Shown: one piece after another, positions 24,401-35,514 of the stretch
Layout: the number at the start of each line of letters is the position of its first letter
Position numbering within the stretch: the first letter of the stretch is position 1
From: Cirrosporium novae-zelandiae
Taxonomy: Eukaryota
Length of the DNA: 64,000 nt
Reading direction: 5' to 3'
Assembly: GCA_026023565.1 (NCBI GenBank)
Contig: JAPETS010000058.1
Coordinates: 1-64,000 of the forward strand
Notes under the pieces: generated by a model
Databases searched by the model: none
The model's input: only the letters and a program-made list of their open reading frames with translations
Told to the model about the DNA's origin: nothing
Program-made: the position numbers and the translations under genes

Positions 24401-25779
24401 GATATTCTTTGGAAACTTGGATAACCTTCCGAGCAGAGTTACTATCTGCCGCAGTGTTGGGATGCGTCGCCCTGTTGACCGTATGTGGTTTCGTGTCCAA
24501 AGAACAAGCTGGGTTGGCACTTGGGATGACAGTGACACTGTCAAAGTATGTTCACCTGTTTCTCTGGGCACTCATCAATGTGGAAGTAGAGATGAACTCG
24601 ATAGAGAGGCTGGAGCAATATATGGTGCATACTCCTACTGAAAGGGCTACTTCTTTTGAAGAGGTAGGACTTCCAGACAGTGTATGGCCCAGGAACGGTG
24701 ATATAGAATTCTCGGGCGTGGACCTCCAATATCCCGAAAGCGATAGAATTGCACTCAAGAATCTTAATTTGAAGATATTCGGTGGCCAACACATTGGAAT
24801 TGTTGGCAGAAGTGGTTTGTACCCTTTGTCCAACCATAAACGCGTATTTGCTGAGATGGCTCAATGCTGACATGACTAAATTCAGGATCCGGAAAATCCA
24901 CCATCGTCTCAGCCCTGACTCGTCTCACCGAAATCAAAAAAGGCTCCATCACAATCAGCGGAAAGAACATAAGCGATCTACCCATCCAACAACTCCGCCG
25001 CGGCGTCCACATCCTACCACAAGAGCCCGTCGTCTTTTCGGGGAGCCTTCGCAAGAATCTAGATCCCTACGATCAGTTTGACGATGCCTCACTCTGGGGT
25101 GTTCTCGACGCATGCGGTCTCTTTGATTTCTTTCGAAAACAAACCCCAACAACAACCCATCAAGACTCCCCCTCATCTACACCTCAAACCACCAACGCCA
25201 ACAGCTCTAACACTGATCTCCTAAATTTCCCCATCCACGCCGACGGCGGAAACCTATCCCGCGGACAGGTTCAATTAATCTGTCTAGCGCGAGCCATGCT
25301 CTTCCAACCAAAAATCTTAATCCTAGATGAAGGTTAGTTCCATCCCCATCCTCACCCCCACCCAAACTCCCTAAAAATAAAAATAACTCACTCACCCTCA
25401 TCATTATCATCATTTAGCAACCGCATCAATAGACCCCCAAACCGACTCCCTAATCCAAGAAACCCTCCAATCTCATTTCCCCATCGATACAACAATAATC
25501 TGTGTCGCCCACCGCATTTCCAGCGTGGCGTGGATGGACCGTATTGTTGTGATGGACTCCGGGGAGATGGTTGAGGAGGGGGATGTGCTTGACCTACTAC
25601 TGGCTGGCGAAGAAATGGATGGGAGCGGGGAGAAGAAGGTTGGTGGTAATGGTGGATACTACAAAGATCTGGTCATGCAATCGGGTGGAAGGGATCTGTG
25701 GGAGGCTATGGCGTTGGTGGCTAGGGAGAGAAGATTCGGTAGCGTTGGAGATTTGGAAAAAGGGAAGGGAAAGCAATGA
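21411..25779 (+). CDS. ABCC/MRP (YOR1-like) ABC transporter, TMD-NBD-TMD-NBD, about 8 exons
   Basis: Lasso-like WLTPLM. NBD1 has GPSGSGKST, LSGGQRAR and IILMDD. TMD2 has FFDNQPLGRILNR and MNSIERL. NBD2 has GRSG^SGKST, NLSRGQ and ILILDE^ATAS, with AHR at the H-switch. Confidence 0.92.
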
Positions 25780-26204
25780 TATCGTTTCCCATTCTTTTTT
25801 TTATTGTTTTATTATAGATGTATACTACTGTACCCTACACCTCTACTCCTGTCTACTATATGTATGTAAGAATGCAACAAAAGAAAATTTTCTATTTCTT
25901 TTTTATATAATTTAAAATCTTAAATTCCTAAATGCATAATAAACTCACCACACTCCACCACTCCATCGCTTCAAAATACCTTTTATCTTTATTTTTATCT
26001 CTTTCTTCATCATTATCCATAAACATTAAACAACAGTAAAAAAAAAAAGGGGACAAACTCATCCTATCCTTAATTTTATAACAAAGGTTGTGTGAGATAA
26101 TTGGAACTGGGATTCGAACGAGAACGAGGAAACTGGGATTTGGGGGATTGGGATTAGCATTAAGCATTAAGCATTTCTAGTCTGAAATGTGTGAACTCGT
26201 TGTT

Positions 26205-26206
<2 letters not shown>

Positions 26207-26242
<36 letters not shown>

Positions 26243-26243
26243 T

Positions 26244-26276
<33 letters not shown>
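26207..26276. repeat. Adjacent homopolymers, about T35 then G31, within a low-complexity spacer (about 25.8-27.7 kb)
   Basis: Direct reading. Run lengths may be sequencing artefacts. Confidence 0.85.
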
Positions 26277-26277
<1 letters not shown>

Positions 26278-27691
26278 TGTGAGAAGAAGGGAGAAAATAG
26301 AAAGATGATGGACCCTCGATATTAATGTGTGAGCTCGGTTGATGTGTGAAATAGGGTTGTGTCTTTGTTCCTTTGTGCCTTTGGGAGGGGAGGGAACGTT
26401 ATGAAGCATTTCTATTTCTATATTTCTTTATTTTCAAATGCCTATTTCCTTGTTTTCATTCCTATACCCCCCGTACTAGTATTCAGGAATATAATACATA
26501 ACATATAATATAGACGATCTCATTCATTCTATACAAAAATCTGAAGAAGAAGAAGAAGAACAGGGAAAGGAAAAGGAAAAGGAAAAGGTAAAGGAAAATG
26601 GGGAGGGGAGAAGGGAGAAGGAACAAGGAACAAGGGGAAAAGGAGGGAAGAAGAAGAAGAAGAAGGAAGAGTTATATGGGTGTATAGATATATACTCCCT
26701 CCTCCTCCTCCTCCTACTATTATTATTATCAGTAGTATATCAAAAAACCCCAAAATATAATACAAAAAAAAATTCCCAAAAAACAAATAGCGTTTGTTAT
26801 TTTTATAGCTCCCCTCCCCCTCCCAAAAAAAAAGGGTTAGATGATAGAATATCTTCCTTAATCACATATATATATAATATATACATATGCGAACCCACCC
26901 CCCCCTCCTTTTTTTTATCCATCCATCCATCCATCCATCCATCAACCCAAAAAACACCTTTCTTTCTTAATTACACAACCACAACTTCTATTTTTTTTCA
27001 TTGTAATTACTTGCTCTTTTTTGAATACCAACAACAACACCAAGATAAGAAATAGAGAAATAAAGAATTTCCCCCAATCTTCAATCTAATCATTTTATCT
27101 ATTTACTTGTTTTTTTTAATTGGGAGTATAGGTATTGGATTTGGATTTACTATAGTAGTTGGTGGCGGCAGGAGGAGGAGGAGGAGGAGGAGCAATATAG
27201 GGAGGGAGGGGGTTTGGAATGGAGATGGAAATGGATATGGGTGTGGGTGTGGGTGTAGGTGTACTGTACGGGGGAAAGAGAAGGAAAGAGGATAATGATG
27301 GAGAAGGGGGTTTTGGTTTTCTTTTTTGATGTCTGTACGATTTATTTATTTATTTATTTATTGCTTTTTGGTTATTGGGTTGGTTTTCTTTCTTCGGCGT
27401 CTTCCTCTTCTTATATTTCTTCTTTTTCTTTAGGTATGTTTTTTGGAGTTTAGCTATTCATCTAAATTTTTAAACCGGGAGACAGAGAGAGAGAGAGAGA
27501 GAGAAGAAGAGGGTATAGTATAGTTCGGATATAAGAAAGGAGAAGTCTGATCTATCTATCTATCTATTCGTCTGTATATCTATTTAAACTTTGAAACCAA
27601 GAGAGAGATATGTACGATCAGATCTAAGCCTGCTGCTACACTCACTCCACGTATATAAAAACGAAAAAGGGAAGGGACACGTCCCCCACCC

Positions 27692-28915
27692 TCACACCCC
27701 AAAAGTCTTCATAGCACCCAACATACTCTCCCTCCAACCCTTCACCGCATCTCCCCTCTCCCCTCTCGGACAAACCTCCACAATCGCCCTCAAGAAATTC
27801 GCAACTATCTGCATCTGCTCCTGCTCTTTGGATGTGTATTGCATATCAGCTAATAACCCCTGAGCATCCACTCCCCTCTCCCCACACCTCTCCTCAAACC
27901 TCGCAAACATATCCGCCTTCTCCACCAACGAATCCTCCTCATCATCCTGCTGCGCATTCCACAGAAACGCACGCGTCGGATTCCATCGCGGGAACGGCAC
28001 CACCCCCGCAAATTCCCAATCCAGAATTGCTGTTATCTTGGCTGTGGAAGGGTCCACGAGGATATTTGCGTAGTGGAGGTCCTTGTGGGCGAGGCGGAGG
28101 GGGGTTTTGTTCAAGGTGGATGCGGAGGCCGGGAGGGCGGTTAGGAAGGCTTCGAGCTTGGGTAGGGTGTCTCGCATGTGTTCTAGAGTCGGGTGGATGG
28201 AGATGGCGTGCATGTACTTGCGGATGTGTGCGGTGATGTAGTCGATGTAGGTGTTGAAGGGGCCGGAGATGTTTAGGGTTGAGAAGGTCTCTGTGGCTGG
28301 CCAGTGCTTTTCGATGTCTGGGAGGAACCAGAAGGTTTCTTCGAGCACGGGGCCGGGGATTATTTTTTCGGTATTGTTTTGGGTTTGGTTTGGAGGAGAG
28401 AATTGTAGGCCGCCGATTTGTGTCCATTCTTTCTTGTGTAGCTGGAGGAGGATGTCGATCACTTGCTCGATAATCGAATCCATTTGCTCGTCACTAAAGG
28501 ACCGAAATACGTCCGCCAAGCTCTGTCCCGGACATCGCGTAAACAAGATATACTCCCTGCCCAGCGGGTTATCAGTCATGGCGTCATAGCTCACGAGATC
28601 TGGGACCGGGATGGAGGTGTTCTCGCGCACCCATGAGAGCACGGCAGCCTCATTTTCGGTTTTTATTTTTGCAATGTGGTCGCCGGAGATGCGGAGGATT
28701 AGGTCGGTGGAGGGGCCCGGTGGTGTTGGCGCCGAGGGGGGTAGCTTTGGGATGATGGTTGTGGTGGGGTAGGTGATGACGTAGATGAGGTGGAAGGCGG
28801 CGGTTACTTTGAGGGGTTTGATGCTGGTGGGTGGGGGGAGGGAGAGGGAGGTGAGGAGGGAGAGAATGGTTTCGTCGCTGAAGGGGAGGGGGAGGTGGTC
28901 TGCTGGGGATCCCAT
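27692..28915 (-). CDS. APH/choline-kinase-family phosphotransferase (kinase-like fold), 407 aa, single exon
   Basis: LILRI, ENEAAVL..V...TSIPVP, Brenner motif HKDLHYANIL and metal-binding ILDWEFA. Confidence 0.85.
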   Translation of the reverse strand: MGSPADHLPLPFSDETILSLLTSLSLPPPTSIKPLKVTAAFHLIYVITYPTTTIIPKLPPSAPTPPGPSTDLILRISGDHIAKIKTENEAAVLSWVRENTSIPVPDLVSYDAMTDNPLGREYILFTRCPGQSLADVFRSFSDEQMDSIIEQVIDILLQLHKKEWTQIGGLQFSPPNQTQNNTEKIIPGPVLEETFWFLPDIEKHWPATETFSTLNISGPFNTYIDYITAHIRKYMHAISIHPTLEHMRDTLPKLEAFLTALPASASTLNKTPLRLAHKDLHYANILVDPSTAKITAILDWEFAGVVPFPRWNPTRAFLWNAQQDDEEDSLVEKADMFARFEERCGERGVDAQGLLADMQYTSKEQEQMQIVANFLRAIVEVCPRGERGDAVKGWRESMLGAMKTFGV

Positions 28916-29079
28916 TTTGTATTTTTTTTATTTTTTGATTTAGTTCACGGTGGGGAGTATAGAAGAGTGGAGTGGAGGTGATTTTTATTTTATTTCATGT
29001 ATACGCGAGGAGCGAGAGCGGGGGATTGATGATAAGAGATCTGACTACTAGAATGGATTCATTTATATAGCCATGTTGG

Positions 29080-29090
29080 ATCACACCGCA
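29080..29090 (-). promoter_or_regulatory. Candidate cluster cis-element TGCGGTGTGAT just upstream of the phosphotransferase TATA box
   Basis: ATCACACCGCA on the plus strand, with minus-strand CTATATAAAT at 29061-29070. Confidence 0.35.
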
Positions 29091-29496
29091 TAAAGAATTA
29101 TCTTCCTTACCCCCCCCCTGCAGAGCTAGTGTTTTCGAACGTCGTACTAATGTAGCTTACTCTTGTAAGATATTTGTATTCACTTTTTGATGTCCTTCAC
29201 TCTTGTGAGATATGGCGGTTTTGATTTATTATCATCTCAAGTTACAGATAGTACATCTAAAAAAATATGTAGATAATGCAATAGTTGTAGTTTACTCTCA
29301 CAAGTTCCTATCTATTATAGATATGGACTGAGAACCGATTCTTTAATATGCTAGTAAAATTGAGTCTGCTACATATACGCAATTAATATGCCGAGTCAAC
29401 TTTACCGCATCCACCTAGACCCACGATTCTAATATTTATGCCTAGTAACCCGGAAATGCTTTGTTTCTTTGTTATAAAGGAAAATAATATACATAA

Positions 29497-30477
29497 TTAA
29501 GCTTTCGACATCTTGCTGGTACTGCCCATAGCACGATTCGCGAGCAAACTCTCTTTGATAGCCCCAGTAACCTGTAAATCCCAGCCATTCCGGTCGAGAT
29601 GGTCCATGGCTCGACGTGTGCTTCCTCCAGGGACGCAGACATCATTCTTAAGCTCAAGTAGAGATTTGTCCATGGTCTCCTGGGCAAGAACGCCGGATCC
29701 AATGCATGACTGTATTACTAGATCACGAGCGAGTTCTTCGGGTAGGCCGAGTTCTGTGGCGGAGTTGATCATGGTATCCATGAGATGATAGAAGTAGGCA
29801 GGCCCGGAACTGAAAAGATGTTAGCTACTTTGGATTGGGAGTTGGTATAGAGCGTGATAGGAAACATACCCAGATACGGATGCCACGACGTCTAATAGAG
29901 ACTCTTGGGATAAAATGACAACACTTGGAGATATAGACTTGAAGATCTCCATAACGCTCTTCAATTGAAATCTCCTCACAAGATTGCATGGATAAAGGCC
30001 TGTTGCACCTTGCCGAACCATTACTGGTGTATTGGGCATAGATCTCACAATTGGCACATTGCTTGGCAGCCACGCCTTCATCTGGTTCACAGTGATACCA
30101 GGACAGAGCGTCAATATCACAGGACGTGTCGGCCTTTCAGCAATGACATTATAGATTTCGGCACACACAGACGGTATATCAGCCGGCTTGGTGGAGATCA
30201 TCACAACATGTAGGTCATCGTCTATGTCAGTCGCAGCACTCCAAATGCGAGGATCGGTGTTGTTAGTCGTCACAGCGACATTATGGAAGGAGGCTTTCAA
30301 CCGTTGAGCATGTTCCTGACGGCGAGCAGTGACAACAATATCTTTGAATTGAAGCTGGGATGGTCTTTTCTCAAGTAATCCCGCCAGTATCCCTTGACCC
30401 AATGTCCCACAACCAATTATTGTTACCCGTAGACGGGTGGTTTCGAGGATTTCTGGTTGTTCGTTGCTGAGCACCAT
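29497..30477 (-). CDS. Pyrroline-5-carboxylate reductase paralog (ProC/PRO3 family), 306 aa, intron 29869-29810
   Basis: Rossmann motif IIGCGTLG, RSMPNTP, SG^SGPAYF across the intron, and VCVPGGST. Confidence 0.92.
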
Positions 30478-31433
30478 GATGTCTTGCTTAGATGTTCAGT
30501 CTGGACAGGACTGCTAAAGGAATCGAATAAGAAGCTAATGTGTATAGTAATTAATAATGGTTATTCAGGCTCATTATGGAGTACATATTGGGAACATGAA
30601 TCAGCTAATAAGGCAAGTCCTCAATGCTAGAGGTCACATTATCAAGCATTGATGGGGTTAGATGCCTACTGGCTTCAAGGATTGAATATGGAGGGCTTAT
30701 GCGGGGTCAACAGCCCTCTATTGCTTGAAAGGAGAAGGTAGGATTCGACGAGATTGACTATGTTGATGATGACGATCAGGATGGACTGTAACACGTTCAT
30801 ATTTTCAGTGATCTCGTAGGATTCTTTAGTTGCAACTTTCTTGCAGACTTTAGACTTCAGGGAATTTAGCTTCTTCTACGACTTGTCCAAAAGCCCCACA
30901 AACCCCGGAGCTTGTTTAGACTCCCAAACTTTGTCCTGAAGCTTGTCGTTCCGCCCCCATTGCATGTACGGTGAGCTGCTGGTCCTTTACCGAAGTCATA
31001 GTTTATGCAATTTAACCTCATAGGATCCCAATGTCCTAAGTTCTGGCCTATTAACCTGTCAGCACTATCCATCGAAGGAGTTCAACTACTGCACCATGCG
31101 ATAGAATAATCAAGCAAATCTACTATTTCTGTTACATTACCATAGCAAACCAGATTGACCAACTTGGTCACCGCTTCTTCTATTCTCAGAGTAGGCCTTT
31201 GACCTGGCCTGATACTGGCATGGCATGGACATCTGCATCCCTTACACATGGAGGTCTCCGAGATCACACTGTAATTGCCTCTGAGCTGATGGAAAGACCC
31301 CGGTTTGACTGTTTGGTCAACATGGTGGCAGGGTACATGTCTAGGTAGATCTAAAGTTGGATCAAGTAAGATTTGTGAGGTAGATACAACTTCAACGTCG
31401 ACTCGAACTCGAAAGCCATACTCTGTTTCTTGA

Positions 31434-32594
31434 ATGGCCATCGTCTCTGCTTCAATGGATATCAAAACTGTGGATTTCATCGGGTTCAAGGATGGTTCTG
31501 CCAGCCAGCGCCAGGTGATTGGCGAAGCTGTAACTGAAGCCTTTCGAAAGAATGGCTTTCTCAAATTGACCAATCATGGTATTTCTAGAAAGACCCTTGA
31601 TGGGCTGTTCAATTGGGTAATTTTTTCCTTCCAAATCCTTACTGTCCAATTTTCACTGTACTTGGCCATTATTGACACTCTTCTCGGGATGTAGAGCGAA
31701 AAGTTCTTCAGCCTCCCTGTCGAGGTAAAGCAAAAGGCTCCTCACCCATCGTCCCCAACACCAAATCGAGGATATAGTGCGGTTGGAATGGAGAATACAT
31801 CTATTCATGGACTCGCTGGAAAGGGGGTGGAAGATGAAAAAAATATACTTGTGGATATGAAGGTCTGTTAGGCATTAAAAAATCTGAGTGCGTTCAAGGA
31901 ATATCTGTCAAGAAGAAACTAAACTGTGGTATAGGAATGTTTTGATCAAGGTGCTGTTGATGATGAGCTCTACCAGAACATCTGGCTTCCAGAATCAGAC
32001 CTACCGGGTTTTCGTGCGTTCATGGAATCATATTTTGATATCTGCTTCGCAGTCCAGCTCCAGATTATGCAAGCTCTTGCTATAGGGCTAGGGCTCCCCG
32101 AGGACACATTCGATAAACTCCACGATAGACATGAGAATGAGCTTCGGTTGACTCATTATCCTGAGATTGAAGCTGGTGAACTCCTTGAGGGAAGCAAGAC
32201 GCGCATATCTGAACACACGGATTTTGGAACTATCACCTTATTATTTCAAGACTCTGTTGGGGGTCTAGAGGTTGAATGTCCAGATAAGCCGGGACATTTC
32301 GAGCCTATCGAGTCAGATAAGGTGGAGATGATTGCAAATATTGGTGATTGCCTCCAGCGCTGGACCAATGATCAATTACACTCAACCCGGCATCGTGTCC
32401 ACATTTCTCAGCGTGACCTCAAGGCAGGGACGAAGATTCTGCCCTCTCGATACTCGATTGCCTTCTTTGCCAAACCCAATCGAAAAAGCTCGTTGCAGCC
32501 ATTTGCAGAGCTTGTAGAGCCAGGGCAAGAACCGAAATATGGCAATATGACAGCAGGGGAATTCATTATACAAAGATCATCTACAACATATTAG
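31434..32594 (+). CDS. Fe(II)/2-oxoglutarate dioxygenase of the IPNS/DIOX_N type, 336 aa, introns 31617-31694 and 31863-31934
   Basis: GFLKLTNHGI, KFFSLP..K, NRGYS, LRLTHYP, facial triad HTD...HRV and 2OG-binding RYS. The spliced CDS is 1011 nt and in frame. Confidence 0.92.
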
Positions 32595-33866
32595 ATTTAG
32601 TGTTGCCATCGATTTCGATCGATATGAATAACATACCATCTCATTTTCAACGGTATCGACTTAGAGATCGATGGTTTAGCCAAAATTGAATAGAAACGGA
32701 AATAGAGAACACTCCACAACTAGACAACAACGCCTCAGGCTAGTTGCGATATAGATCAACAAATGAGGCTTTATTATGGCGTCTTCTCACGTCTTCGAAC
32801 TCCAATTACCTAGGCGTGTCTCTAGAAGATGAAGCAGAAATGGTTGACGTTGATAAAACCATAATCATCCTCCGCAAACCATCGTTTATTCCAGGCCCTT
32901 TTCCTCCTTCGGGAATAAGGGGGGCTAGAGAGGGGCTGAACGCTAAAGCTTGATGAGGCGTTGGCACGCGTGGCACCATCATCATCGGCCAAGAAAAGCT
33001 TATATTGACCTTCACCCCTTGTTTAATCTTCCAAGCATCCAAGCATCCATCCACGTGACAAGTCTAGTTCTAGTTAAGCTTTTACAGGGAAAAACTAAAC
33101 CCCCATGGGTAGTCATACGGATGAAAAGTGAGCCCTAACTTAGCTCAAGTCAAGTCAACGCAGAAGCAGGAAGCAGGGAACTTGGTTCTTCAAGCAGAAT
33201 AGAATAATCAAGTTCCCTTACTTTATCCTTGAATAATTACAAGCACGATCAACTAACCCCCCCGGTCCAAAAAGAAACCTTACACTAGATCGATCGCAAC
33301 ACCTGCCGTGTGCGGAGAAGAACAACATTCATTCCCCTTGTCCCTCATCAGGCCATGCTTCCTAATCACGAGATAAATATAGCCAGCGTCCTCTCTCACT
33401 CAACTTCGGTTACAAATAAATAAGCTTTCACACTTATTTTTATTTTTAAGCTTTTTTGTGATGCAGATCTTGCCGAGAAGGTAAAAAACAACAAAGAAAA
33501 GAAAAAGGCTTAAGTTCGTTGAAGTATAAAATAAGCTTCTTCTTTGTTTTTTTTGATGAGATGATGATGCGTTTGTTGTTTACTACTATCGGGTTGTGCC
33601 TAGGTTACTTGTGAAAGAATGAAAGAAAACATGTTGGGTTTGAATTAATTACTTTGTTATAATTTGCATAAGTATAGGATATAATTTTAGGGTTTCTAGT
33701 TACACGAGAACGGATGTAAGCAGTAGTAGAGAGGAGGAGGATCTTTCAAAAAAATATTTCTTTCTAACCACCCTTTTGCAAAAACAATCGCTTCATATGC
33801 CTGCCCCCTGCTCTTGCTCTACCCGAGAGCACAAACACAATAAAAAAACAAAAAAAAAACCCAACC

Positions 33867-34917
33867 TCAAGACCAAAAAATCAACCTCGGCTTAGCCCCC
33901 GAAGTCTCGGGAGGAAGCAAGCCCATGAAGCTACTGAGAGTCAATCTAGGCCGGCGCCATTCGACCGCCCCCCCCAATTCCGGGTGCGGCTCCACCTCCA
34001 CAGGGAAAACCTGATGCATATTCCTGCTATTAAAAAAACACAAGTCTCCGGGACTGGGGTGGATGGTGCAGTTGTTCCTGCCCTGCACGATCTCCGGGGA
34101 ATAGCCGTAGGAGCTGGGATCGCGGAAGTCGAGGGATTCCTCGGTCCACTGAACGTCGTGGACCACGGTGCGGCCTCCCTTGACTGGGGAGAGGTAGAGG
34201 TTGAAGACGGCTTGGCGGGTGATTTTGTTGATGAGCCAGTCTTCGGTGAGGGAGTCGTAGGGGGACCAGTCGCAGTGGATCGGGGTGGATTCGTTGATGG
34301 CGCGGAAGATGCCGGAGAAGTATTTTTTGGAGGGGCCTTCGTTCGCGACTATGACTTCGTACTCGGGCACTAGGGAGGCGATCTTGGCCATAATCAAAGC
34401 CCAGACGTTTGTTCCCGTTTTTGCTGCTAGGTCTGAGTGGAGCGTTTCCAGCTTTCGCACTTCGTTAAAGTAGCGTTCTTTTTCTGGACATTTGGGTAGC
34501 AAGTCGTTAGCATGTGTCCTGGTTTAGTGGGATGGGCAAAGGAACAAGGTGTAAAATAATACCATCTGATCTCTTTTGGAAATCTTCCGCCGATTGTGCC
34601 TGGAACTCAAACTGCGCGATGCCGACTTTGAATAGGTCTGGTCCTGCAACATGAAGGTAGGGTGACAGCTTGGGGCTCAGTTCTTCCTCGTACTTGTGCG
34701 CCAGTTCTTTATTGATGAAGCCCCGTTCGCAAATCACTGGCGTTCGGCCTTCGAGAACGTCGAGGAAGGCTTCGCGCGTGAGGGGCACATCGTCTAGTGT
34801 CTTCCAGGTGGACTCGTGCGCTGGTAGGGTCTTTCCGACGCCTTTGAAGTGGAGGTAGGATTCGTGGTAGACGTTGGAGTTAGAGGAGGTGATCTGCTGG
34901 TGAACTGTGGTTGCCAT
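33867..34917 (-). CDS. Second, unrelated Fe(II)/2OG oxygenase (putative proline/amino-acid hydroxylase), 323 aa, intron 34562-34484
   Basis: YFSGIFRAIN, IHCDW (HxD), GDLCFFNSRNMHQV (distal His) and RLTLSSF. The spliced CDS is 972 nt and in frame. Confidence 0.75.
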
Positions 34918-35264
34918 GTTGGAAAAAAAATAAAATAATTGAGAATGTAGAACAAGTTTTTGCGGGATGGGTTTGTTCAATTGAATACACGATTATATTT
35001 ATATCTCCCCTCAGCTCCGAGTAATCGAGATAGGATGATGATGCCAATGATGATGCCAGTAGTGAAAGTAGTGGGAATTGTGAAGCTATATGAACATGTA
35101 AGAAATGTAACGCTTGATATCGATTTAGTCTACCTGCAAGTCCGTAAGCTATGGATCCCTGGTCGCAACTTTATGATAAACTATATGGCCTGACTGCTTT
35201 TAAAAAAGTGAAGCAAATAAGCAAAACGGCCGTCCCGATGGTCGTACCAGCCTTTCCTAAAATC

Positions 35265-35272
35265 TCACACCG
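35265..35272 (-). promoter_or_regulatory. Candidate cluster cis-element CGGTGTGA in the oxygenase/NRPS divergent promoter
   Basis: TCACACCG on the plus strand, about 240 bp upstream of the NRPS ATG. Confidence 0.3.
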
Positions 35273-35514
35273 ATAGGAGGAGGGTAGCATAAGGATCTTA
35301 TAATTTCCAAAGGATCCTTCCAGAAGCTTGGATTATTCGAGACCCTGAAACACGGTAGCTTGGCTCTATATAGCTGGTCTTAGATAGTTATTTTGAACTT
35401 GGATAAAAAAATTTTGAAGAAGAAATGTACTCAACTTGAACCTCTTTTTACTCCTCTACCCTTCTATAATCACAATTCTTTGCCCTGCAATATTATATTC
35501 GCCCCCCCCCCATC

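Noticed and set aside
26203..27453. Short ORFs rich in P, K, G or F
   Set aside because: They are translations of homopolymers and microsatellites
20313..30704. TTATGCGG as a second cluster motif (20313, 29086 reverse complement, 30697)
   Set aside because: One copy lies downstream of the MFS TATA box, one overlaps the CGGTGTGA site, and none is in the NRPS promoter, so the support is too weak
33867..34917. WelO5-type halogenase
   Set aside because: The HxD carboxylate is retained (HCD), whereas halogenases have Gly or Ala there
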